Part shown: piece after piece, positions 12,901-23,796 of the stretch
Layout: every line of letters starts with the position of its first letter
Position numbering within the stretch: position 1 is the stretch's first letter
Source: Macrostomum lignano
Lineage: Eukaryota
Direction of reading: 5' to 3'
Length of the DNA stretch: 64,000 nt
NCBI GenBank assembly: GCA_002269645.1
Contig: NIVC01000633.1
Coordinates: 186,001-250,000, forward strand
Notes under the pieces: model-generated
Seen by the model: only the letters and a program-made list of their open reading frames with translations
The model's database searches: none
What the model was told of the DNA's origin: nothing
Position numbers and translations under genes: made by a program

Positions 12901-14989
12901 AATTCGATTTCTTAGAATCCACATCTCAAATTCGATTTCTTAGAATCCACATCTCAAATTCGATTTCTTAGAATCCACATCTTAAATTCTATTTCTTAGA
13001 ACCCACGTCTCATATTCGATTTCTTAGAACCCACGTCTCATATTCGATTTCTTAGAACCCACGTCTCATATTCGATTTCTTAGAACCTACATCTCATATT
13101 CGATTTCTTAGAACCCACGTCTCAAATTATGTTTCTCAGAATGTACACGACAAAATCAATTTTTAAGAATCCACCCCTCAAATTTGATTGCTTAGAATCC
13201 CTTTTCTTCAAATGTGATTTCTTAGAACTTCCTCCCGAACTCGATTTCCCAGGACGTGGAGCCACTCACGGGCCGTAGCTTGGCACATCAAAGCTGGTCT
13301 TGCATTTTCCCGGAGCAGCGCAGGTCTTGGAATTACAGGACCCCTGCAGGTCCTTAAAGGCGTCCTTGCCGCACCGCGTTTCCCACTTGGTCGGCATGCC
13401 CAGGACAGCCTTGTCGTCCGCACTCTTGACGCTGCCAAGCTCCGTGAAGCCCTTGGAAGAGTCGTGCACCAGCACCGATCTGCAGAATGTCTTGCACGTT
13501 GAGTAGCAGTCCTTCTCGCCATCGACTGCGACTCCTACTTCCTGTGTGCGTGGGGAAGACGGTGTCAGCGAGAGCCGCTGTCCCACCTGATCCTTCAACG
13601 AGAGCCGCTCTCCCACCTGATCTTTCAGGGGGAGCTGCTGTCCCACCTGATCCTTCAGCGAGAGCAGCTGTCCCACCTGATCCTTCAGCGAGAGCAGCTG
13701 TCCCACCTGATCCTTCAGCGAGAGCAGCTGTCCCACCTGATCCTTCAGCGAGAGCAGCTGTCCCACCTGATCCTTCAGCGAGAGCAGCTGTCCCACCTGA
13801 TCCTTCAGCGAGAGCAGCTGTCCCACCTGATCCTTCAGCGAGAGCAGCTGTCCCACCTGATCCTTCAGCGAGAGCCGCTGTCCCACCTGATCCTTCAGCG
13901 GGAGCCGCTGTCCCACTTAATCCTTCAGCGGGAGCCGCTGTCCCACCGCAGTGAGTTGCAGGAGAGAAACTGGGGACTTCTTCAAGTTTATGTTGATAAA
14001 ATACTTCCGATTTTTCGATTTTTCTAAAACTTGCATTGGAGACTTATGGGGCACCCAAAAGTGTATCCACTAGATTTTAATCTAATAGCACATGTGCTAG
14101 AACTTCATTAAGCCAATTAAAGATAAATAATAATATCTACAAATTAATATGCAATTGTCTTTTACGTTGGCTGATAATAGTTTTTCAATTTAGTTATAAT
14201 GCATAGACAGTGTAATGTCACTGTTCGCTTTTTTTAAAAACTGTCACGACCGGCTCAATGTTTGCACTGTGGTCTTTTCACTGCACCCAGGCAAAGCAAT
14301 GTTCGCAACCTTAAAGCATTTCGCTCCTCAAAACCAATTACTGTACAAGGCTAGATTACTAATTCTATTGTATTAAGGAAGTAACAGCACTTGATTTCGG
14401 TAAGCAAATTCATTTAGATAAAGTTTTAGAATTCAACCAACTTCTGACATAATTATGTTGACTCTTTGGTGGATTCTCTCTTTTCTCGTGTCGTGGAGTT
14501 ACAACCTCTCCCCCCTATTAGAATTGGAATTTGTCAGCACAATCTTGAATAGGTCTCCATGCCTCTATTCAAGTTTATGTTGATAAAATCAATCCCCATG
14601 AAGAATCTCCCCACCCTAAAACCCCTATTCCCCATGCCCCGGTGGTTGGTTTTAAGCTACATATAATTGGGTTAAAGCTACCTAAAAATGGAGCTCAAAT
14701 TTGAAATCAGCACCATCAAAAACCCCTTTAGAGACAAAATTATGATCCTATCAAAATTGAAACTATTTTATCAACATAAACTTGAAGAAGTCCGAATTTT
14801 CAATATGCTACTACAAGTAACAAACCGAGCACATGGCTTACCTTTGCATTGTTCCTGATGATCGTATCAGCCTTGTCTTTGGGAATCAGGTTGCCCGAGC
14901 CGTCGTATAGCAAGATGCCGGTGCCGCCGGAGCCGCCGGAGCCGCCGGTGCCGCCGGTGCCGCCGGAGCCGCCGGAGCCGCCGGAGCCA

Positions 14990-15024
<35 letters not shown>

Positions 15025-16663
15025 ACCGGAGCCGCCCGCATTGCTGGAAGCAACCGTGGCCGTGTAACCGGAATCCTTAAGCTTTTTCAGGAGATCCTTG
15101 ACCTTGTCGCCTTCACCTGCAGGAGCGTAAAACAGCCTTATAAAATTTTATGAACGTCTGAAAATCAAAAATATTCTACTGGCCAAATCAATTCGTACCA
15201 TTGACAACAACCGTCTGGGGAAGGTCTGTGGGGTTGACCTTGTTGACATTGATGGTGCCCTTGAGGATGACGATTTTACCGTCGGGGCCCTTGCCGATGA
15301 CCGTGAAGGGCACGTCGCAGTTGGGCAGGGCGCCTCGGTAGGCCAGCTTGTTTTTCGGCGAGCTGGACTCGTCAGCGAGCAGCAGGTGCGGCAGCGGCGA
15401 GGTGATGCTGAGTATCTCGGTCACGGAGGGGAATGTGATGTAGCCGAACCCGTCCTTGAAATTGGCGTCTGTCGGATCGAATTTCCGGCATTCTTTGATG
15501 AATTCAAGTGGCTTCGGTTTGGTTGAATTTGAGCATTTTTAACTGTAAGGCTAACATGTAGTTATGGTATGAGAAATTTGAGTTTTTCTAATTTATTTCA
15601 CTGCTTCGAGCTCCTATCATGAAGTTTCAACTAGAGAATCGTGCTATTGAAAGATTTCCCAGTCAAAACTGTACTGCATGCTTAAACCACTCTCAGTTAA
15701 AGTCCAAATCTGATGGGAATTACATGTCCATACTGATCTTACCGACTATTGTTGGGAAGTACTTGTTAGTCTGAATGAGTGCTCAACAGTGTTTATCAGT
15801 TCTAATCAGTGTTCATCAATGCTCAGCAATGTTCATCAGTTCTAATCAGTGTTCATCAATGCTCATCAGTGCTCATCAATGTTTATCACTGCTCATCACT
15901 GCTCATCACTGCTCATCAATGCTCATCACTGCTCATCAATGCTCATCAGTGCTCATCAGTGCTCATCAAAGTTCATCAGTGCTCATCAGTGCTCATCAAT
16001 ATTCATCAGTGCTCATCAATGTTCATCAGTGCTCATCAGTGCTCATCAATGTTCATCAGTGCTCATCAGTGCTCATCAAAGTTCATCAGTGCTCATCAGT
16101 GCTCATCAATATTCATCAGTGCTCATCAATGTTCATCAGTGCTCATCAGTGCTCATCAGCATTCATCAGTGCTCATCAGTGCTCATCAGTGCTCATCAAT
16201 GTTCATCAGCATTCATCAGTGCTCATCAGCATTCATCAGTGCTCATCAGCATTCATCAGTGCTCATCAGTGCTCATCAGCATTCATCAGTGCTCATCAGT
16301 GCTCATCAGTGCTCATCAATGTTCATCAGCATTCATCAGTGCTCATCAGTGCTCATCAATGTTCATCAGCATTCATTAGTGCTCATCAGCATTCATCTGT
16401 GCTCATCAATATTCATCAGCATTCATCTGTGCTCATCAGTGTTCCGCAATACAGAAGTTGCTGGATCAGCTGTTTTGATTGAATGGACATCATATAGCTC
16501 ACCTGCACAACTCATCCGAGCTCGTACATGTAGGATCAGTAGATAATCCAACAAACTCACCGGCGGGGCCGTTAACGTTCACAGAAAAGTCAGCGCCAAC
16601 AAGAGCCACCGCAGTCGCAGCCAACAGAAGTCTGGCCAGAGTGCAGCGCCGATCTCCCAGCAT
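6928..16663 (-). CDS. Putative secreted 823-aa protein resembling the membrane-proximal ectodomain of a non-chordate classical cadherin: signal peptide, degenerate cadherin-like repeat, NC-like region with (GGS/T)13 insert, EGF, LamG, EGF, LamG, EGF-like. Exons: 16663-16561, 15468-15199, 15116-14842, 13541-13270, 12370-11965, 11279-10880, 10543-10353, 9943-9736, 7274-6928
   Basis: All 8 junctions are phase-consistent (2472 nt = 824 codons); 7 are GT-AG and 1 is GC-AG. N-terminus MLGDRRCTLARLLLAATAVALVGA is signal-peptide-like. LamG motifs LLGGSFNGCFRNVRLN, VSDGHWHEV and SCITGFRV; EGF Cys spacing CEC...GPNCE and CACLPGF...SC. AATAAA on the minus strand at ~6676-6681. Family assignment is from memory of motifs, not a database search. 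Confidence 0.8.
7325..9622. repeat. 15-bp minisatellite (GAACTGGAGGATGGG), ~150 copies, filling intron 8 of the LamG/EGF gene
   Basis: Direct reading; homogeneous core with a degenerate right edge. Confidence 0.97.
9967..10325. repeat. 14-bp minisatellite (GCAGTGTGGGATAT), intron 7
   Basis: Direct reading. Confidence 0.95.
10612..10856. repeat. 9-bp-based repeat (CAGGGACAC/CAGGGACAT), intron 6
   Basis: Direct reading. Confidence 0.9.
11345..11918. repeat. 24-bp minisatellite (GAGTGCCCAACTCGAGATAGATAG), intron 5
   Basis: Direct reading. Confidence 0.96.
12515..13200. repeat. 28-bp minisatellite (CTTAGAATCCACATCTCAAATTCGATTT), intron 4
   Basis: Direct reading. Confidence 0.95.
13568..13947. 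repeat. 30-bp minisatellite (CTGTCCCACCTGATCCTTCAGCGAGAGCAG), intron 3
   Basis: Direct reading. Confidence 0.96.
13974..14793. mobile_element. MITE-like non-autonomous element with ~30-bp TIRs (GGACTTCTTCAAGTTTATGTTGATAAAATA)
   Basis: 13974-14003 is the reverse complement of 14764-14793; a third partial TIR copy lies at ~14568-14589. No TSD identified and no coding capacity. Confidence 0.7.
15773..16442 (+). repeat. 10-bp satellite (GCTCATCAGT and variants), intron 1
   Basis: Direct reading. Confidence 0.95.
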
Positions 16664-17204
16664 GTCTTCCCGACGGACTCACTGCAGTTATTATTCGCCG
16701 AAAATTTATTCTCTATACTCAGATTTCTGACTATTAAACTGTCAACATGAAGCGGGCAGAGTTGCACAGATAACAAGTGAAGTCTCCAGTGACCGGGCTG
16801 ACCGCTGCGATATGCATTTGCAGTATCTCTCGCTGACGGTACAGGCAGGCGTCTTGGCCACAGACTGCTGCTGCGGGGCTGCTACCATAGACAGTTCAGA
16901 ACTGCTGCCCTAAGATAGCCGAGCTGAATAAAAGTGCATGGGGATCTACGTGTGTAAATTTATCGCTTTTATAGCTCTCTCGGCCATATTTAACTCGCCG
17001 GCTCTCGATGTACTTGTACTTTAGTCTGCCATGCCGATTTACATGATTGTTATTGACACGAGATTGCCACACCAAATTAACCATTGAAAGCAGCGCTTTT
17101 ATTGTTGCAGCTTTGGCTTTAAGTTTCTTAAACAATTTGTACGAATAGCACAGTATAAACACAAAAGACAAAATAACAAAAAGAACTGATGCACATGAAT
17201 TTAA

Positions 17205-20200
17205 ATACTGATGAGTACTGAATGAACAATGATGAGCACTGATGAGCACAGATGAATGTTGATGAGTACAGATGAGCACAGATGAATGTTGATAAGCACC
17301 AATGAGCACAGATGAATGCTGATTAACATTGATGAGCACTGATGAGCACAGATGAATGTTGATAAGTACCAATGAGCACAAATGAGCACAGATGAATCTT
17401 GATGAGTACAGATGAGCACAGATGAATGTTGATAAGCACCAATGAGCACCAATGAGCACAGATGAATGTTGATGAGTACAGATGAACACAGATGAATGTT
17501 GATAAGCACCAATGAGCACAGATGAATGTTGATAAGTACCAATGAGCACAGATGAGCACAAATGAATGTTGATGAGCTCCAATGAGCACAGATGAATGTT
17601 GATAAGCACCAATGAGCACAGATGAATGTTGATAAGTACCAATGAGCACAGATGAATGTTGATAAGCACCAATGAGCACAGATGAATGTTGATAAGCACC
17701 AATGAGCACAGATGAATGTTGATAAGCACCAATGAGCACAGATGAATGTTGATAAGTACCAATGAGCACAGATGAGCACAAATGAATGTTGATGAGCTCC
17801 AATGAGCACAGATGATTGTTCATGAGCACAAATGAATGTTCATGAGCACTGATGAGCCCAAATGAATGTTCATGAGCACTGATGAGCCCAAATGAATGTT
17901 CATGAGCACAGATTAGCACAAATGAATTTTCATGAGCACTGATGAGCCCAAATGAATGTTCATGAGCACTGATGAGCCCAAATGAATGTTCATGAGCACA
18001 GATGAGCACAAATGAATGTTCATGAGCACTGATGAGCCCAAATGAATGTTCATGAGCACTGATGAGCCCAAATGAATGTTCATGAGCACAGATGAGCACA
18101 AATGAATGTTCATGAGCACTGATGAGCCCAAATGAATGTTCATGAGCACTGATGAGCCCAAATGAATGTTCATGAGCACAGATGAGCCCAGATGAATGTT
18201 CATGAGCACAGATGAGCACAAATGAATGTTCATGAGCACAGATGAGCACAAATGAATGTTCATGAGCACAGATGAGCACAAATGAATGTTCATGAGCACA
18301 GATGAGCACAAATGAATGTTCATGAGCACAGATGAGCACAAATGAATGTTGATGAGCTCCAATGAGCACAGATGAATGTTGATAAGCACCAATGAGCACA
18401 GATGAATGTTGATAAGTACCAATGAGCACAGATGAATGTTGATAAGCACCAATGAGCACAGATGAATGTTGATAAGCACCAATGAGCACAGATGAATGTT
18501 GATAAGCACCAATGAGCACAGATGAATGTTGATAAGTACCAATGAGCACAGATGAGCACAAATGAATGTTGATGAGCTCCAATGAGCACAGATGATTGTT
18601 CATGAGCACAGATGAGCCCAGATGAATGTTCATGAGCACTGATGAGCCCAGATGAATGTTCATGAGCACAGATGAGCACAAATGAATGTTCATGAGCACA
18701 GATGAGCACAAATGAATGTTCATGAGCACTGATGAGCCCAGATGAATGTTCATGAGCACAGATGAATGTTCATGAGCACTGATGAGCCCAGATGAATGTT
18801 TATGAGCACAGATGAGCACAAATGAATGTTCATGAGCACAGATTAGCACAAATGAATGTTCATGAGCACAGATGAGCACAAATGAATGTTTATGAGCACA
18901 GATGAATGTTCATGAGCACAGATTAGCACAAATGAATTTTCATGAGCACTGATGAGCCCAAATGAATGTTCATGAGCACTGATGAGCCCAAATGAATGTT
19001 CATGAGCACAGATGAGCACAAATGAATGTTCATGAGCACTGATGAGCCCAAATGAATGTTCATGAGCACTGATGAGCCCAAATGAATGTTCATGAGCACA
19101 GATGAGCACAAATGAATGTTCATGAGCACTGATGAGCCCAAATGAATGTTCATGAGCACTGATGAGCCCAAATGAATGTTCATGAGCACTGATGAGCCCA
19201 AATGAATGTTCATGAGCACAGATGAGCCCAGATGAATGTTCATGAGCACAGATGAGCACAAATGAATGTTCATGAGCACAGATGAGCACAAATGAATGTT
19301 GATGAGCTCCAATGAGCACAGATGAATGTTGATAAGCACCAATGAGCACAGATGAATGTTGATAAGTACCAATGAGCACAGATGAATGTTGATAAGCACC
19401 AATGAGCACAGATGAATGTTGATAAGCACCAATGAGCACAGATGAATGTTGATAAGCACCAATGAGCACAGATGAATGTTGATAAGTACCAATGAGCACA
19501 GATGAGCACAAATGAATGTTGATGAGCTCCAATGAGCACAGATGATTGTTCATGAGCACAGATGAGCCCAGATGAATGTTCATGAGCACTGATGAGCCCA
19601 GATGAATGTTCATGAGCACAGATGAGCACAAATGAATGTTCATGAGCACAGATGAGCACAAATGAATGTTCATGAGCACTGATGAGCCCAGATGAATGTT
19701 CATGAGCACAGATGAATGTTCATGAGCACTGATGAGCCCAGATGAATGTTCATGAGCACTGATGAGCCCAGATGAATGTTTATGAGCACAGATGAGCACA
19801 AATGAATGTTCATGAGCACAGATGAGCCCAAATGAATGTTCATGAGCACTGATGAGCCCAGATGAATGTTCATGAGCACAGATTAGCACAAATGAATGTT
19901 CATGAGCACAGATGAGCACAAATGAATGTTCATGAGCACAGATGAGCACAAATGAATGTTCATGAGCACAGATGAATGTTCATGAGCACAGATGAATGTT
20001 CATGAGCACAGATTAGCACAAATGAATTTTCATGAGCACTGATGAGCCCAAATGAATGTTCATGAGCACTGATGAGCCCAAATGAATGTTCATGAGCACA
20101 GATGAGCACAAATGAATGTTCATGAGCACTGATGAGCCCAAATGAATGTTCATGAGCACTGATGAGCCCAAATGAATGTTCATGAGCACAGATGAGCCCA

Positions 20201-20540
20201 GATGAATGTTCATGAGCACAGATGAGCACAAATGAATGTTCATGAGCACAGATGAGCACAAATGAATGTTCATGAGCACAGATGAGCACAAATGAATGTT
20301 CATGAGCACAGATGAGCACAAATGAATGTTTATGAGCACAGATGAGCACAAATGAATGTTTATGAGCACAGATGAGCACAAATGAATGTTCATGAGCACA
20401 GATGAGCACAAATGAATGTTTATGAGCACCAATGAGCAGAGATGAGCACAGATAAATGTTGATAAGCACCAATGAGCACAGATGAGCACAAATGAATGTT
20501 GATGAGCACCAATGAGCACAGATGAGTGGCATATGAGTAC
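17205..20540 (-). repeat. 3.3-kb 10-bp-based satellite (GATGAGCACA / AATGAATGTT), same family as 15773-16442 in opposite orientation, with higher-order blocks
   Basis: Direct reading; GATGAGCACAGATGAAT is the reverse complement of ATTCATCTGTGCTCATC in the first array. Confidence 0.95.
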
Positions 20541-20954
20541 AGATAAGCACGGAGGCTGTGGCAGAATAAATATTGGGCTGCAAAAGAAAAGCAAGCCAAT
20601 GATTGAACAAGTCACGATATTGATTTGCAGTTCACGAGAGTTGCTGCAGCAGTTGGTCTCACAGCAAAGCTTACAAAGAGTGAGGACTGCAGCTGCTGGG
20701 CTTCCAATTCGATATATTTTCATTAATTCATTCGGTGCCAGTCAGCAGGCAGGTAAATTTTATGACACCAGGGTCAGGTAGGTTTGAACAAAGCAAACCA
20801 GTTTATGACATCGACTGCAGCCGCAGGGGCTGGGGCAGGGGTCGGGGAGTGGACACAAAACAGCTACCAACGACAAGAGCATGCAAACATGTAAGGATAA
20901 ATTTTAGATAATGGCCAAGGCTGACTGACTGGTTTGCACAGGAATTTGCACAGC

Positions 20955-21472
20955 AATCCGCCATCCTTAACCTGCATATAGATTAGCAATCCACCATCCC
21001 TAATCTGCACATAGATTAGCAATCCACTATCCGTAATCCGCACGGATTAGCAATCCACCAGCCATAATCCGCACGGATTAGCAATCCACCAACCATAATC
21101 CGCACGGATTAGCAATCCACCATTCCTAATCTGCACATAGATTAGCAATCTACCATTCCTAATCTGCACATAGATTAGCAATCTACCATTCCTAATCTGC
21201 ATATAGATTAGCAATCCACCATTCCTAATCTGCATATAGATTAGCAATCTACCATTCCTAATCTGCATATAGATTAGCAATCCACCATTCCTAATTTGCA
21301 CATAGATTAGCAATCCACCATTCCTAATCTGCATATAGATTAGCAATCCACCATTCCTAATCTGCACATAGATTAGCAATTCACCAGCCCTAATCCACAC
21401 GGATTAGCAATCCACCAGGCCTAATCTGCACACAGATTAGCAATCCACCAGCCCTAATCCGCACGGATTAGC
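20955..21472. repeat. 33-bp minisatellite (GATTAGCAATCCACCATTCCTAATCTGCACATA) just downstream of the WDR53 stop
   Basis: Direct reading. Confidence 0.93.
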
Positions 21473-21506
21473 AGTAATCCCCAGCCAGCAGACGGCACAC
21501 AGGCGG

Positions 21507-23693
21507 TCAGGCGGCAGCGGACAGGTCGCAGCAGTGGACGGTGCTGCCGGAGTCGGCCACGAACACGCGGTCAGGCCGGGTGCCGCAGAGGGCGTTCACC
21601 TTGTCGCTGTGGGCGAAGGACGCGCCGGCCTGCTCGGAGTCCAGCGCCCACAAATAGCAGCGCCGGTCGTTGCCGCCGGACAGCAGCAGGTGGCCGGGCA
21701 GGCACAGCAGGGCGCTGACACCGGCCGAGTGTCCGTAGAGGCTCTCAGACTGCAGCAGGTGGCGGCCGGAGCCGCTGAACAATTCCACGGAGCCGTTCTC
21801 CAGGCCGGCTGCCACGAACTGCCCGTCGGAGCTGGCGGCCAGGCAGTGCACCAGCGGCGGGTTCACGCCGATGCCGCTGGCTGACACCGTCGACTCGGCG
21901 TCCTGCAGCTCGCTCATGTCGAATATGTTGACGGCCTCGCCGCGGTGGCTCTTCCAGTCGGTGACAACCAGGCGATAGTCCATGCCGCCTGAGATCACCT
22001 GCGGGAGGGGGACGGCGTGTGAAATGCTGAGATCCCCGGGGTGTTGATGTTGATCCCGCTGAGATACCAGGGATGTTGATGTTGATCCCGCTGAGATCTC
22101 CGTGATCTTGATATTGATCCCGCAGAGATCCCAGGGATGTTGACATTGATCCCGCAGAGATCCCAGGGATGTTGACATTGATCCCGCTGAGATCCCAATA
22201 AAGTGAAGTGAAACAAAGGTGGCTGAAATCCCGGGCCCAAACGACTCACCTGCCAGGTGCGGGTTGGCCGGAAGATCACAGCCGATGCGATGTTGTCGTG
22301 CTTGTGCAGGACGCGCACCAGCTCGCCGCTGACGGCGTCGAAGATTTTCACGGCGCCGGTGTCGTCAGCCGTGGCCAGCCGCCGCTCCTCCTCCAGCAGG
22401 GCCACCGAGTTCACCTCGTCTTCGGCTGCGCAGATGGACAGCAGCGGCTGTGCCGGGCTGCGCAGGTCCCAGGCGTGCACCGCGCTGCCCTGCAGGCAGG
22501 GAGAGGACACGGGCGCGGTGTGGGATCACTCCATAGTGTGGGATCACCCCATAGTGTGGGATCACCCCATAGTGTGGGATCACTCCATAGTGTGGGATCA
22601 CTCCATAGTGTGGGATCACCCCATAGTGTGGGATCACTCCATAGAGTGGGATTACTCCATAGTGTGGGATCACCCCATAGAGTGGGATCACCCTATAGTG
22701 TGGGATCACTTTATAGTGTGGGATCACCCTATAGTGTGGGATCACCCTATAGTGTGGGATCACTTTATAGTGTGGGATCACCTATAGTGTGGAATCACTT
22801 TATAGTGTGGGATCACTATAATGTGGGATCACTTTATAGTGTGGCATCACTTTATAGTGTGGCATCACTTTATAGTGTGGCATCACTTTATAGTGTGGGA
22901 TCACTTTATAGTGTGGCATCACCCTATAGTGTGGGATCACCCTATAGTGTGGGATCACTCCATAGAGTGGGATCACATCATAGAGTGGGATCACTCCATA
23001 GTGTGGGATCACCCCATAGTGTGGGATCACCCATAGTGTGGGATCACTCCATAGAGTGGGATCACATCATAGAGTGGGATCACTCCATAGTGTGGGATCA
23101 CCCCATAGTGTGGGATCACTCCATAGTGTGGGATCACCCCATAGTGTGGGATCACTTCATAGTGTGGGATCACTCCATAGTGTGGGATCACATCATAGTG
23201 TGGGATAACCCCATAGTGTGGGATCACCTATAGTGTGGGATAACCCCATAGTGTGGGATCACCTATAGTGTGGGATTACCTATAGTGTGGGATCACCCCA
23301 TAGTGTGGGATCACCTATAGTGTGGGATCACTTCATAGTGTGGGATCACTCCATAGTGTGGGATCACATCATAGTGTGGGATAACCCCATAGTGTGGGAT
23401 CACCTATAGTGTGGGATCACCCCATAGTGGTGGGATCACCCCAGTACCTGAGCGGCAAACAGCAGCCGACCGGAGGCAAAGCCGGGCGATGAGAACGCCA
23501 GCGATACAACGGGAGCGCCGGCGGGGCCGCCGCACTGCCACTTGGCAGTCAGGAGGCGCTGGCCGGCGTCCCATAAGCAGATGGCGGCGTCGTCGGCCCC
23601 GGAGGCCAGCAGGCTGGAGTCGTGGTCCAGCGCCAGGCAGTTCACGGATGCGGAGTGGCCGTTGGCCAGAGCGGATGATGCAGAGGTGGCCAT
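21507..23693 (-). CDS. WDR53: WD repeat protein 53 (325 aa); exons 23693-23448, 22489-22250, 21998-21507
   Basis: All junctions phase 0, GT-AG. Motifs GHSASVNCL, EDEVNSVAL..RLATADDTGAVKIFD, HDNIASAVIFRP, GVNPPLVH, GHSAGVS..LLSGGND and HSDKVNAL match WDR53 as I recall it. Confidence 0.88.
22030..22197. repeat. ~32-bp degenerate repeat (GAGATCCCAGGGATGTTGACATTGATCCCGCA), WDR53 intron 2
   Basis: Direct reading. Confidence 0.85.
22518..23430. repeat. 18-bp minisatellite (GTGTGGGATCACTCCATA), WDR53 intron 1
   Basis: Direct reading. Confidence 0.95.
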
Positions 23694-23796
23694 AAAGTTT
23701 ATGCAACAGTACAGTAAAGCAGGAATGGGGAAAAGTACACAGTGGGAGACAGATGGGAGGGGTCTGTAGGGATGTCAGTTCTCAATTTAGTTGGAC

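Noticed and set aside
15775-20723. Multiple His/Ser/Cys-rich ORFs
   Set aside because: Translations of the 10-bp satellite arrays.
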